Of a DNA stretch of 64,000 nt, positions 38,694 through 52,900 are shown in pieces. The notes beneath the pieces are model-generated. The model saw only the letters and a list, made by a program, of their open reading frames with translations. It had not been told where the DNA came from and ran no database searches. The stretch is from positions 355,322,001-355,386,000 of the forward strand of contig OZ024743.1 in assembly GCA_964016885.1 (NCBI GenBank). Direction: 5' to 3'. Each line of letters begins with the position of its first letter. Position 1 is the first letter of the stretch. The stretch is from Eledone cirrhosa. Lineage: Eukaryota. Position numbers and translations under genes: made by a program.

Positions 38694-40222
38694 GTATTTT
38701 TGTATGCAGGCATGTATGTATGCACGTATTTATGTACGTATTCATCTATGTATATATGTACGCATGCATTTATGTATTTGTATGTATATATTTATGTATC
38801 TGGGTGTTTGCGAGCGTGTGCACATCAAAGGTTGAAGATAAATATGTATGTGAGTCTGTTTTGTTGTTCTTACTGTTATATGAACTTAGCCTCGGGTTAA
38901 CGTCTATCTTGGATTGTTATGTGTGGACATGTATATACTCCCGATGATGAACAATTACACTGCAATACGAATTTAGGAGTGATGGACACTTAGTTATCTT
39001 TATGTTACACTGGACACAAAATTGCTAAGGAGTTAGCTTCACAATCATTAGATCATGGGATCGATACCATTGTTTGACATCTGGGGCATCTGTTATTAAC
39101 TTAGCATCGGGGCGACTAATGCCTTATAGACCAAACTAGGTAGATGGAAACTATATGGAAGACCATTGGATGATTGTACCTGTAATTCAATGGGACAGCC
39201 TTGTCATGTGCTGTGTCACGCTAAATCTCCCCTGAGAATTACGTTAAGTTCAGTGGAATTCCCATGTTTACATGTTAATTTTATAAGCAGTTTCGTGGAT
39301 AAACAATTGGACGTCTCATCTTCGACATAAAGACTAATCCATTTCTGCAGTTACTCTCATGTAAAACCTTGGGATAGTTCAGTTTCTGGTCGGCACAACG
39401 AATATTGGGCCACCAATCAGAACTTTGTTCTGTCTGAAAAGTAAATGCACTATAATTAATTAAAAACACAAGAAGGTAATTTGCACTGCAAAAACACAAA
39501 CGTTACAAACATTCTCGTTGTCGTTATGGTGGTCGGAGTATCGTCTGCAACGACGAAATACAACCTCTTTCCTAATTCATGAGGGCGCAGGTTACATGAA
39601 CAATATAAATCGGGAATTAATGATTGCGAAGCGAACTTTTAACCATTCGGCTATGCTGCACCTGCAATACAAAAGTAGGGTTAATTATTTTTCATTGCTT
39701 TAAACATCAAAAATGAATACAGTAAGGTTAAATAAAGGTTCCGGAAACAAATATTAGAGACGAGATAATGCTATTGTTTGGTCCTGCAGATACTTTCCTA
39801 CCGATTAACCTTGGTTCACAGAATTACAAGCATTCAACATTGTTTGATGACAACGCAACAACTGACTTACTACATACAGAAACATAGAGTAGCGTCAGAC
39901 AATGATGTAAATTATGAATTTAATTATAAAGTGGGGTTGAGGGAATATTTATGTAATTGAAGATGTTAAACTAATTAATTCAAGTGAGGATTGTATCCTG
40001 CATTAAAACTAACTACTGTAGGAAACATATTAAAGTCTAGCTAACATCCATCAGTTTATATGATGAGGTTATTCCATTGGGTTGATACCAAGTTTACATA
40101 TCTACGTATTGCTTTACAGTGTATGCGCCAGAGAATACCACAGACATGCGTACAAACTCTAATCCTCTTGCATACTCTACGCGACAATGTGACAAAACTG
40201 GCCCTCTGGATTATTATCGCTG

Positions 40223-40302
<80 letters not shown>

Positions 40303-40451
40303 TCTGTATATTTCTCTTCACATACGCACACACACACCGACACACACACTAACACACATACGCACTTACATATAACCACATACATACATAGATGCGTACA
40401 TACATAAGTGCAGACATACATACATACAGACAGACAGACAGACAGACATAG

Positions 40452-40950
40452 GAGAATTATGCTGAGATAGATGGCACTAAGGAATACTGGTGGAACCTGA
40501 AAATAAAAACTGCCACCAAATTAAAGCACAACCGGCTCGATAGTGTTGTTTGGGAACACACGTTGAAAACGTGTTCTGTTGTGGAGATCAGCTGCCCACT
40601 TGATGTCAACGTTATAAGAAAAATACAAGAGAAGGAGGACATCTACGGAACATTGATGAGGAGTTTGCAGATCCAGTATCCAGGATGCACCTTCAGCTTT
40701 ATACCCATAATGATTGGAGCTACGGGTTATATACCAACCCACCTGGACCAAAGTATGACTGAACTTGGATGTGTGGACAAAGAGTGCAGCTCCTTAATTC
40801 ATAGACTACAAATAGCTGCAATATCTGGCACCTTCAAAATTTGCAAAATATTCTTGCGATTCAAGGTATAATAATTTCTTCTCTTTTACAACCTTGCCAC
40901 CAGGAAGGTGGCCGGTCAAAAATGTACTCGAAATTCAGAGAAATATAAAC
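40452..40950 (+). mobile_element. R4/Dong LINE 3' fragment
   Basis: KEYWWNLKIKT...KHNR...VEISCPLD...KEDIY..L, followed by a short 3' UTR that runs into (CATA)n. Confidence 0.88.
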
Positions 40951-41080
40951 ATACATACATATACATATATACAAACATTCATGCGTACTTACATATATGC
41001 ATACGTACAAACATACATTCAAACATACATACGAACATACATACAAACATACATACGTACGTACATATACACATACATAC

Positions 41081-42508
41081 ATGACTGTAAAGCGGGGAAA
41101 AACAACAACCCAATCTAGCAACATTGTCATCAATGGTCTAACTGTTTCACCGATATCTGATGAGGACTGCTACAGATACCTGGGGATAGATGAGGACATA
41201 TCCTATAATGGTATTTGTAATAAAGAACGCGTAACCAGGGAATACTACACCCGATTAAGAAAGATCTGGTCATCGGAACTCTCTGCGCAAAACAAAACAG
41301 TGGCTCACAATGTGTTTGCTGTGCCTGTCCTAACACCAACGTTTGGAATACTCAATTGGACGATAGACGAAATCCGAGCAGTTGATGTTGGAACTCGAAA
41401 AATACTGAACAACACCGGAAACTTCCACATCAGCAGTGACATACACCGCCTTTACTTGAAACGTAAGCAGGGAGGCAGAGGCCTAACATCAGTCCAGACA
41501 ACATTTGAATGTCGCATCATATATCTCCGACAACATCTACGAACCTCGAAGCGTAGGAGCCCGTTTCTCGAGCAAGTCTATCTGCATGAAACAGATAAGA
41601 TCATGAGAGTTGGGAAGGAACTCTTTGAGAGATATTCCCTGTGTGATAATCAAAAACTCACACCCAGGGATGTCGCTCAGCAGTATCGCAGTGAATCCAT
41701 GGTTGAAAAACTGCATGCCTATCAGCAAAAAATCATGCATGGATATGTTGCCAGGAAGCTCCAGAGTGAGAGTAATATAGATAAGGAAAGTAGTCTATCG
41801 TGGACCAACAACCGCTATATTGGCTCCCACTTTGAAGGATACGCTTTTGCAATCCAGGAACAGGAGATTAGCACGAAATACCTGATTCACAAAAGAGATA
41901 GAGATGCAGGCAAAACACCTAGATGTTATAACAAGTGCAGACTCTGCAGAACTAACATCGAGTATATCACCCATGTCATCAGCAGCTGTCCAAAGATGTC
42001 ATCGCGGTACTATCTACATATGAGGCATGTTGTAGTGGCCAAAACACTGTACAATGCAGTTCGTAAAAAAGATAGCCCCGATAATAAACACATTAAAAGC
42101 TACAACAATGTGGAAGACATCCATGTACATAATATGAAAGAGTACTGGTGGAATGTTCCAGTAAAAACCTCTATAAAATGCAGGCATAACAGACCAGATA
42201 TTATGATATGGGACAGGGAGAAGAAAACATGCCCATCAGATGCCAATATAATATCAAAGATTAGTGAAAAGGAGAATATTTATGCAGAACTGATGAGAAA
42301 TCTGCAGATACTCCACCCTGATTACACCTTCAGATTTATGCCTGTGATTATTGGGGCACTGGGATATGTTAGTAACTGCCTCAATACAAATCTTAAGAAG
42401 CTAGGCTTCACAGGAACAGAAAGAACACAACTATTTAGGAAATTACAAGTACAATCCATTAATGGAACAGTAAAAATATGTAGAACATTGCAAAAATGTT
42501 GCATCTAA
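41081..42508 (+). CDS. Partial R4/Dong ORF: RT C-terminus, CCHC zinc knuckle, restriction-like endonuclease
   Basis: YRYLGI, RLYLKRKQGGRGL, FAIQEQEIST, CRLCRTNIEYITHVISSC, RH, NRPDIMIWD and PVIIGALG. It lacks the VEIS segment present in the other copies, so it is probably inactive. Confidence 0.85.
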   Translation: MTVKRGKTTTQSSNIVINGLTVSPISDEDCYRYLGIDEDISYNGICNKERVTREYYTRLRKIWSSELSAQNKTVAHNVFAVPVLTPTFGILNWTIDEIRAVDVGTRKILNNTGNFHISSDIHRLYLKRKQGGRGLTSVQTTFECRIIYLRQHLRTSKRRSPFLEQVYLHETDKIMRVGKELFERYSLCDNQKLTPRDVAQQYRSESMVEKLHAYQQKIMHGYVARKLQSESNIDKESSLSWTNNRYIGSHFEGYAFAIQEQEISTKYLIHKRDRDAGKTPRCYNKCRLCRTNIEYITHVISSCPKMSSRYYLHMRHVVVAKTLYNAVRKKDSPDNKHIKSYNNVEDIHVHNMKEYWWNVPVKTSIKCRHNRPDIMIWDREKKTCPSDANIISKISEKENIYAELMRNLQILHPDYTFRFMPVIIGALGYVSNCLNTNLKKLGFTGTERTQLFRKLQVQSINGTVKICRTLQKCCI

Positions 42509-42735
42509 TAACTGCATATACACATGTACAGATACAAAGTATATACACATGCACACATACAACTCAAAACATCCACATCCACACATACAATAACATCCAT
42601 ATCTACACATGCATGCATACATATCTACCTAGTTGATGTTGTGTAAATTCCAATGAGAGAGTATATTGTGTCTATGTTAGAAACCGACTCTCTCTCTATT
42701 GGTAAAAATTTGTGAAATTATATAACCAGAAGAAC
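41081..42735 (+). mobile_element. R4/Dong LINE, 5'-truncated, second family
   Basis: An open ORF with RT end, CCHC and RLE is followed by a 3' UTR. (TACA)n-like sequence lies on both sides. Confidence 0.92.
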
Positions 42736-42779
42736 ATACATAAATACATATATACATACGTACATACATACATACATAC

Positions 42780-43149
42780 ATGGTGGCTGCCAACTCGTTT
42801 TCGAGTACGGCCACCACTTCATATCCATGTAGGAGAACCCCTACCGATGCACTCTGGCACAAACACTACACTTGTGACAATTATTGACACAGTGCTGGGC
42901 CCATAGTACCATGTGACAACAAGTGCAGAGCGATCTCCAGATATAAAGCAATGCCTGTGCCGTGAAGCTTTTATAGTGAGCAAAAGCACTGCACAAAGCC
43001 AGTCCCACTCTCTTAACCAAGATGATATTTACCAAAAAGAAGAACAAGTCAACATCATTGGATACCATCAGAGTTGCAGGTGTTATATCAGAGTTTTCCA
43101 TCTCCTAGAATTCTGCCTTGACAAAGGCTAAGGGGTCATCTCTCCCGGG
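42780..43149 (-). mobile_element. Family R1 element, 5'-truncated with an internal deletion
   Basis: Matches 26411-26822 but lacks ~35 nt. Flanked by (TACA)n. Confidence 0.8.
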
Positions 43150-43257
43150 ATGCATACATACATACATACATACATACATACATACATACATACATACATA
43201 CATACATACATACATACATACATACATACATACATACATGCATACATATATACAAGC

Positions 43258-43455
43258 TACCCGCAACATTTGTTTCATGGAAAACTTTTCTTTATGTTTT
43301 CCTTTTCTTGTGTGTTCTTTAGTATTCTCTTCGTTTTTCTTTGATGTAGGACACACAATCCGAAACGTACGTATTTCCCTCTTTACCTTATTGAACCATT
43401 ACATTTATTTTTGCAATTTTTTCCGTTGTTTATTGTTTGTGCTGTTTTCTACATA
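43258..43455 (+). mobile_element. Decayed H1-like PLE-tail element
   Basis: ttgatgt-a-gga cacacaa tcc-GAAA-cg-TA at ~43341-43369, with a T-rich tail like 29210-29295. Confidence 0.45.
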
Positions 43456-43706
43456 CTATGTATGTACACCCCCACCCCCCAGACACTCCACTCTCACTCA
43501 GCGTGAAACTAATTATATTTGTCTGTATGTATGCATGTATGTATACACATATACACACACATACAAGCATCTATACATAGTTACATACATACATTGATAT
43601 AAACATTCAAGCATATATAAATACATACACACCACATGCATATACATACATGTATACATACATAGATACATACATACATACATACATACATACATACATA
43701 CATACA

Positions 43707-43737
<31 letters not shown>

Positions 43738-44505
43738 GTTTCGACAAGTTTATGACATCACACCTTGAGGGATATCTCTATGCAATACAGGAACAAGAAC
43801 TCCCTACCAAATATCTGCTGCACAAAAGAGGAGGGCCAGCAGCTGACAATAAATGTAGGCTATGTAAAACAAAGATCGAGGATGTAAGCCACATTGTTGC
43901 CAGCTGCGAAAGAATGTCATCTCGCTACTACCTCCCCATGAGACACGATGGGATAGCTAGAACTATCTGGAACGCACTTCGGAAAACAATTTACAACAAA
44001 CGAGGAAGAATATATTGAGACAGATGGCACTAAGGAATACTGGTGGAACCTGAAAATAAAAACTGCCACCAAATTAAAGCACAACCGGCCTGATATTGTA
44101 GTTTGGGACCACACATTGAAAACGTGTTCTGTTGTGGAGATCAGCTGCCCACTTGATGTAAAGGTTGTCAGAAAAATACAGGAGAAGGAGGACATCTACG
44201 GACCATTGATGAGGAGTTTACAAATCCAGTATCCAAGATACACCTTTAGCTTCATACCCATCATTATTGGTGCTACGGGTTATATACCAACCCGCTTGGA
44301 CCAAAGTATGACTGAACTTGGATTTGCGGACAAAAAGCGCAGCTCCCTAATTCATAGTCTACAAATGGCTGCGATAGCTGGCACCTTCAAAATTTGCAAA
44401 ACATTCTTGCGATTCAAGGGATGACAATTTCGTTTCTTTTACAACCTTGCCACCAGGAAGGTGGCCGGTCAAAAAAGTATACTCGAAATTAAGAGAAAGA
44501 GAAAA
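43738..44505 (+). mobile_element. R4/Dong LINE 3' fragment in (TACA)n
   Basis: YAIQEQELPTKY, CRLCKTKIEDVSHIVASC, RHD, NRPDIVVWD and VEISCPLD. Perfect (TACA)n on both sides. Confidence 0.92.
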
Positions 44506-44595
44506 CATACATACATACATACATACATACATACATACATACATACATACATACATACATACATACATACATACATACATACATACATACATACA

Positions 44596-45022
44596 TGATG
44601 GCTGCAAACTCTGCTAAGTGTACTGCAATCGCTTCTCAGATTATAGAGTTCGGTGCACTTTTAGGCTACGGCCAGCCACACGAACCTGTAACATATCCTG
44701 AACAAGCAATGTCTCTGTTTTGAAGTGTAGAAAGGCCTTGCACTCGACCAATCGCATTCTCTGAGCATCGAAAACACTACCTGAAAAGGAGGACTGGTCA
44801 ACAGCATCGGATGCTTCCGAAGTCGCAAGTTTTTTGGGTTTTTTTAATTCAGAGTTTCCCTCTCCTAGAAAGGTGTTGTGAGAACAACTGGGGGCCTTTC
44901 TCTCCCAGATGAAAAAAAGTACTATTTGGATGGCCGTTGACGCTGCTGAGTTACTCCACCCTTTGCCGGGTCTTGTATTTCATCCCGCAGAGTGTCCAAA
45001 TATCACTCTCCTCACCAAGCAA
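44596..45022 (-). mobile_element. RTE-derived non-autonomous element with an inverted internal segment
   Basis: 44597-44642 matches 38179-38224. 44643-44712 is the reverse complement of 38623-38692. The remainder is R1-like 5' UTR. Confidence 0.7.
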
Positions 45023-45094
45023 AAATGGTTCGATATTCAACAGATATTAGTGCTTTTAACGTAATACATAAGTCTCTGATAAAGTTGGGGAAGA

Positions 45095-45380
45095 TGCGTG
45101 GATTAGTCTTTAGGGTGTTTGACTCACGATCGTAAGGTAGATTTTGATTCACGACGGTGCGTTGTGTTCTTGAGCAAGACAATTTATTTCATGTTGCAAC
45201 AGCTGAAAAATGGTTTCTACTTGTAATTCAAATGATCAGTCGTATCACACACTATTTCAGGCAATATCGCCTAGAGAACCATGTTATGGGTACTCGTGCA
45301 TATGGGATACTCAGCCATTTGCACGTTAATTTCTCGAGTAGGCTATTCCGTTAATCGAATAACTGCAATACGTGTCGACA
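45095..45380 (+). mobile_element. Old tRNA-derived SINE (family S3; relatives at 39020-39330 and 13160-13410)
   Basis: Decayed head, gtgttcttgagcaagac, and a tgtaattcaaa block shared among the three. Confidence 0.55.
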
Positions 45381-45604
45381 TAACTGCGGATGTCCAGCAT
45401 GGCCACACTCCACATTTGAATAGAAGGTACAGTTCAGTAGAAGAATTCTCACAGTGTCCAACTATTCAATTTTACTCACAAGCTTCGGGTCGACTGAAAG
45501 GTACATGACACTGGTCTCGGGTCACATGCAAAGAATTTGGAACCGCATAATTACAAAGGGAGCAGCTTTATCTTTGAATCACCACTATGTAGCTAGTTGT
45601 GTGG

Positions 45605-45869
45605 GTCACCAGGAAACTCTCCTGGAGGATACTAGCGTGGTTTGGTCACGTCACACGACATGACAGCCTGTGCAAGTCCATCAAGCAATGCACCATTGAT
45701 GGTGGATGCAGGAGGGGACGCCAACGCCAAAATGGTTGGACAATGTCAAAGAATGGACGCAAATGACGGCACCAGATTTGTTGACGGCCGCCGTTGATAG
45801 TCTATTTTGAGTGTATGCTGCTTCTGCAGTAAGATATTCCCGTCGACTACAGAAGTCAGGGGACTGATA

Positions 45870-45940
<71 letters not shown>
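45605..45940 (+). mobile_element. RTE-type LINE 3' end with (GAT)n tail
   Basis: LAWFGHVTRHDSLCKSI...GGCRRGRQR..WLDNVKEWT, followed by (gat)n. Confidence 0.85.
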
Positions 45941-45941
<1 letters not shown>

Positions 45942-46477
45942 TAACTAGAGCAATACTCAACAATGTAAACATCATCATCATCAACAATAACAACACCAAC
46001 CTACATCGAGCAAATTCCAGAGACGGTGTGAACAAATACAGCATAACAATACAGCACCAACAATATGAACAAAACAACAACAACCATGACGACAGTGAAA
46101 TAAGAAAAACAAATACCGTTGTAATGCTGCCCACAACGGGAACAATAATTACAATTATAACTCGGAGAACGAAAACAAGTCAACAAAATCTAAAAACTAC
46201 AGATTACAACACTAACATTACAAAATTAACAAAAAAGAGAAAAGTATAAAAAGTACAATAATAACGATAGTACAACTAGAATTATAGCTACACAATAACA
46301 GCAAAGATAAATATAACTACAAAACTAAAAGATATACCAGAAAAAATTGCAATGGAAATATCAATATGAAGTGCTTAATTAATTTTGTACTGTTTAAGAA
46401 TTTAATTACCATAAACATGTTATACAGACGCATATTTGTACTATATATTCATGTACATATGTGTATGTGTGTACGTC

Positions 46478-46552
<75 letters not shown>

Positions 46553-46557
46553 ATATA

Positions 46558-46609
<52 letters not shown>

Positions 46610-46737
46610 ATGTATATATATATGTATATATGTGTATATATATATATATGTATGCATATATATATATGTATATATATATATATATGTGTGTGTGTGTATC
46701 TGCGCCTGTGCGTGTAGATATATATATATATATATAT

Positions 46738-46796
46738 AAATTACTATGTATGTATGCGCAGCAATTATATATACGAGTATGTGTGATATACATAAA

Positions 46797-46845
<49 letters not shown>

Positions 46846-46903
46846 TCATGTATATTACACATACACGCATATATAATTGCTGCGCATACATACATAGTAA
46901 TTT
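46738..46903. repeat. Inverted repeat centred on a (TA)n array
   Basis: aaattactatgtatgtatgcgcagcaattatatat...(TA)n...atatataattgctgcgcatacatacatagtaattt. Confidence 0.9.
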
Positions 46904-47322
46904 TTTGTTACTTAATTACGACTTTAAAAATCAAAATGCATTAAGAACAGATTAATTCAATGAGACAGTACAACATAACCCTACACATAAATATTCTTAA
47001 ACATATACATGTATACGTAAGAATTAACTCATACACGCATACATTTATGCTGACGCGTACACTTATACTCGTGTAACAATTTACTATCAGTCACATTCGC
47101 AAATATTTGTAAGCTAAACTTTTAATAAACATTGAATTTGAGTTTCAATCTCTTAATCTTTTACTGGTTTCAGTCATTAGACTGGGAATGTTATCAATTA
47201 TACCGACCTAATATTAAGTTTTATTTCAATATTATCGGTGTCAGTTTATAGAACGGCAAATTTACGTGACTTAGTCTTAAACACCAACACTAATATAAAC
47301 AGGAGCACAGGCACTCTCTCCC

Positions 47323-47369
<47 letters not shown>

Positions 47370-47409
47370 TACACAGACACACAGACACAGACACACACAC
47401 ACACACACA

Positions 47410-47463
<54 letters not shown>

Positions 47464-47574
47464 CACACACACAGAGAGATACACACACACACACATACAC
47501 AGACACACACACAGGAATGGCCTCTGTAGTTTCCGTTTAGTTTAATTTTACTCACTTTAAAGATCTGTTTGATA

Positions 47575-49065
47575 ACCCATCTGTAGTTGATGAGAAAATT
47601 ATTAATGGACTGTCGCAAAAGGAGACGTAACAGAGATGATGAATGATTCAAGTATTGATGAGATAAGGTTCATTATCAAAGAGATAAACGTCTTGAAAGC
47701 TCCAGGTTTGGATAGCGTACCTGTTGTGCTGACCTGCTTTAGAGGAGACAATGATCATTCATGGGCCAGGTCTATCTGTATAGCATAGTGAGTCTGTCCC
47801 GCAAGACAGGGTAGATGCAGTTTTGCTGTCAATGTGCAAGAGGAGGGCTCCAAGTCGGAATGCGGCGATTATCGTGGTAAAGGTCTGCTTGAATCGGTAG
47901 AAAAATTTATATCCAAGGTTCTGCTGGATTGTCTAATAAAATGGAACTGCCTTGGTGCCATCCCTGAGACCCAGTGTTGATTCAGAGCTTGGCTGCGTTC
48001 TATGGACATGATTGTCTCAGCCCGCCATCTAATAGAGAAGTGTGTCGAGCACCAAGTTCCACTGTAACAAGTCCTTTTGAACATTACTAAAGCCTTCGAT
48101 ACTGTTAATCGCAGAGCATTGTGGGACACATTGGAGAAACTTGAATAACCTGGCCAATTTGTTGGAATAGTAAAATGAAACTCCATCAAGATATGAAGAC
48201 AAAAGTGAATTTCAATGTAACACATTCAGAGTCAATTTCAGTGGAAAATTGTGGCAAGCAGAGCGATATACCTGCACTCACTTATTTACTTCGTCGCGCT
48301 GTTGAAATATGCCTACAAAGACCTTGAAATCGGTGCATATTTGCGAATTAAAACCTCTGGAAATGTCTCTAATCGATGACGTTTTAAATATTTGGCACTC
48401 TCATGAAATATTTGGCAGTCTTGTCAAGGATTTCTTGTATGCTGATGAAGCAGATTTTGTGGCACACACTGTAGAGGGCAAGTTGTTGATATTGGACACC
48501 TTCTTCAATACATGCATTGCGTTTGAACTAAATATTAGCATAAAAAAGACAAAGGTCATGTACAATCCAACAGTTGGGGAAGTGTATGTGGAACCAGACA
48601 TTTTTAGGAGAGAAAACACACTTGATATGGTGAACAATTTTGTGAATATCGCAAGCACACTTAGTATAGATGGTACTCTCATTGCTGAAATAAATCATAG
48701 GATTGCGAAAGCGAGTCTTGCATTCAGCAAGCTTGAGAAGCGAGTCTGATCAAATCGGGGTATCACGAGAAACACAAAGCTTCCTGTGTATAAAGCCTAT
48801 GTTCTTAAAGCCCTAATGTACGAATGAAAACGTTGACAACTTACAGGCATCACATCAGGCAGCTGGAAAGGTTTCATCAGCATAGTATCCACCGCATCCT
48901 GAATATCAAGTGGTCTTTTAAGCACCTGATGCTGCTGTACTTGAGAAAACGGCCAGGGCCAATATTGAAAAGAGGATTATTACTAACAAGATGCCATGGC
49001 TTCGTAATACAGATAGGGTGGAGGATGAAAGGATGACTAAGCAATTAATTTATGGGAAAGGACAC
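47575..49065 (+). mobile_element. Decayed RTE/BovB-like LINE RT region
   Basis: KAPGLDSVP, CGDYRG, IPETQC, TKAFDTVNR, DFLYADEADF, LNISIKKTKVM, EINHRIAKASLAF and LERFHQ. Confidence 0.9.
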
Positions 49066-49186
49066 TGCATAAAACGTCACTATTTTGATGCCTCTTGTTT
49101 TCTGGAAGTATGGTCAAATTAGGGCCCTGTAACCTTGGGTAGCAGTTTTGTTCCGTGCATGAACACACACACACATATATATACAT

Positions 49187-49249
<63 letters not shown>

Positions 49250-49341
49250 GTAATAATAATAAATTTGAAGACTAAAATCCAAAGAGGGCTCGATAAGCAG
49301 CGATTCTTTGCTTAAACTTTAATCTGTTATTTTAATAAATA

Positions 49342-50120
<779 letters not shown>

Positions 50121-50156
50121 AAAATTATAAAAGTATATATATATATATTTTTTTCT

Positions 50157-51038
50157 AGGGCGGGTAAAATTCCCGAGATCCATGGACGAGTTCTCTCCAG
50201 CGGTCTCTGTCCCTCATTATCGCTGCCATGTCCTGCGTCTCCAGCAGACCAGTGTCTGTCCTAAGGGCATCAACATACGTTAACCTTGGTCTTCCTCTTC
50301 CAGTGTGTCCATGTAGGGGATCCCACAGGAGCCCCTACATGGACACTCTGGATGTCGATGAGCATGTCCAGCTAAGCTCAGTCTCCTTTGTATTACTTTC
50401 GAGCTGACTTTTGGGAGACTCCCATACAGCTCTGAGTTTTTCATCCTCAGTGTATATTGATTAATGTTCAGAGCCATCCTCAGCATTCTCGTGTAGCACC
50501 CATCCACCATCTGAGTGAGTCTCCTGGTCAGTGTCAAAGTCTCAGACCCGTACAGCAGCACAGACTCCACTACAGCAATGAAGAGACGGATTTTCAGGTC
50601 TTCACGAAGGTCCGACTTCCACACCGATCTCAAGTTGTGGCACGTCGCCCAGGCTTTGCTCTTCCTCTCAGCCACATCATCTTCCGTATTCCCAATCTTC
50701 GCTCCCAAATACAGGAAGTCCTCAACCAATTCTAGCGGCTTCCCGCCTACATTAGTGATCCCCTCTGGCTTCTCAACATTCTCTACCAGATATGTTGTTT
50801 AAGTCTCATTCATTCTCAGCCCCACACTCATCGACACAGTCTCAACCTCCCGCATCAAATCCTCTGCCTCCTTCACTGTATTTGTCACCAAAACTATGTC
50901 GTCGGCAAATTCAGCATCTGATACCTTTTTCGCCTTAACTCTCCTGCTCTGAGCCGGTGCTACAGTAAAGCCAGAGTCCTGGTGTTTCTCTAGTGCAAGG
51001 CGCATACAATAGTCCACTACGATGATAAAAAGGTAGGT
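50157..51038 (-). mobile_element. RTE LINE 3' fragment
   Basis: VVDYCMR...DAEFADDIVL, VEDFLYLG, VESVLLYGSE and LAGHAHRH. Confidence 0.92.
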
Positions 51039-51082
51039 ATATATATATATATTAAATATATATATATTAAACTCGAGTCAAA

Positions 51083-51828
51083 TCTCGATTTTGAGGGGAT
51101 ATAAGTGAAACCTACTGAAATAAGTCAGTTTTACTCTTATAGTTCCTCAACAATGGTTTCTAGAATTCAGGAACAATATTAATTATTTCAAAACATCGGA
51201 ACAATCAATATTGGAAGAATTTAAATTCCCTCTTCCGGTGAAGTATTCTTTGGAACACGAGGTGACATTGAATATAACGCATTCATATCATGTCGTTGAC
51301 GCAGGAGCGCAACACGTTGCGTCGTTGAATTATTAAACAAAAAGTATCTCTCTCAATACATTAGGACAATATGACGGGTTTAGAGTGACACTAGAAATAG
51401 TAGCCAATTCTGCTTCAATCTACTCTACAATAAAGGAGTAGCTAATATCAATTAAAAAGGTATTTGTCTCTAATATACACCTTAATGAATGGATAACATA
51501 TTCTAATAAATTATCAACTCAGAGAAGTAATAAGACGTATTAAACGTAAGCAAAAATCACTATTTAGGGGTAATATAAGCTAGACCGACTAAAACAAGTC
51601 ATTTTTACTCATATAGTCCCCCAACCATGGTCTCTGGAATTCAAAAAAAAATATTTATTATTTCAAAACATTAGAACAATCAATATTGGAAGAATTAAAA
51701 TTTTGTCTTCAAGAGGAGAATTCTTTAGAATAAGAGGAAACATTGAGTATACCATGTTGTTGTTGCATGGTGTCCAATAAATTGAGTCGCTGGATTACTA
51801 AATAAAAATATCTTTCTCGGTGTATCAG
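51083..51828. repeat. ~270-bp diverged direct repeat pair (51083-51365 and 51560-51828)
   Basis: The copies share ttttactc.tatagt.c..caac.atggt.tct.gaattca and ttatttcaaaacat..gaacaatcaatattggaagaatt. Confidence 0.85.
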
Positions 51829-51871
51829 GTGTCTAAGTAATTGAGGCAAATAATCTTTTCATACATGTATA

Positions 51872-52200
51872 TGGCTTAGTGGTTAGAGCATTGGGCTTGC
51901 AATCGAAAGGTTATGAGTTCAATTTTCGAACTGGATGATGCGTTCTGTCTTTGAGCAAGACACTTTATTTCACGTGGCTCGAGTTTACTCAGCTGTAGAA
52001 ATGCGCAGCGACGTCACTGGTGCCAAGCTATATCAGCCATAGCTTTTCCCTTGGACATCATCGGTGGCGTGGAGATATGGGCGGTATTTATGGGCGACTG
52101 CTAGTCTTCTTCAAACCACCTTGCCCGGACTTGTGCCTCGGAGGGAAACTTTCTATCTAGGTGCAAATCACATGGTCATTCGTGACCGAAGGGAGTCTTC
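51872..52200 (+). mobile_element. tRNA-derived SINE with CORE-like block
   Basis: A box tggcttagtgg, B box gagttcaatt, then gtctttgagcaagacacttt. Confidence 0.75.
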
Positions 52201-52202
52201 GA

Positions 52203-52239
<37 letters not shown>

Positions 52240-52240
<1 letters not shown>

Positions 52241-52900
52241 GACGATTTGTTATGTCTTCATTACGTTTATTGAGTAGTGACACGCGTTTCGCTATTGATC
52301 AGCTCAAGGTTCGATCTGTATCGATCTAGCCTGACTCTGGAATCAAAAGCTCCTCGTACCTCTGCTGTGGTAATGACAGAATGAACCTGTAGGGCTTAGA
52401 AAGGTCTATAGCGATTCACATTCATTTATGGTGGTCGGTTAATATTCGTTTTGATTAGTGGTTTTGCTATAAGGAATGTTTTGGTATGTGTGGTAGGTGG
52501 GGGAAGGATCATAACGAAGAGGTGGTGGTCGTGGGGTGCGATGGTTGGTGTGAGTTGCCGGAGTGTGGTGGTTTGGCTGTTTCATAGAGATTATGGCATA
52601 TATGTGGTGAGGCGAGGGTGCTGGGTGTGGAAGTGTAGGTGGTTAAGGGTTATGCGTGATTGGAGATGAAAGAGTGTGGTGCTGTACTAAGGATGGGTTT
52701 GTCAAAGAGGAAGATAAGAAAATAAATAAAAGTAAATTAAACCTAGGTTAAGGATAAAGCTTTGGTGGGTGAGGATCTACCTTTTTCTGTGGTGTGCTTA
52801 GTATGTAAACTATTTATATTCTTAAAGGGTTTATTTGTACTAGAAAAAAAAGTGATTAAGGATTGTGGCTAGTGTGTGAAATGAATATAAATAAATAGAT
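52240..52900 (-). mobile_element. Probable decayed PLE 3' UTR with HHR remnant (~52272-52360)
   Basis: Minus strand: acgagga-gcttttgat...atcaatagc-GAAA-cgcgtg-TC-ac. Confidence 0.4.

Noticed and set aside
41156-41175. CTGATGA in the R4/Dong ORF (also ~48442 and ~48875 in RTE, 36772, 25718, 58327)
   Set aside because: No correctly spaced stem II-GAAA-NUH-stem I, so these are chance matches.
51872-51945. tRNA genes (also the heads of S1 and S2 copies)
   Set aside because: A/B boxes are present but there is no complete cloverleaf, and each continues into a SINE body.
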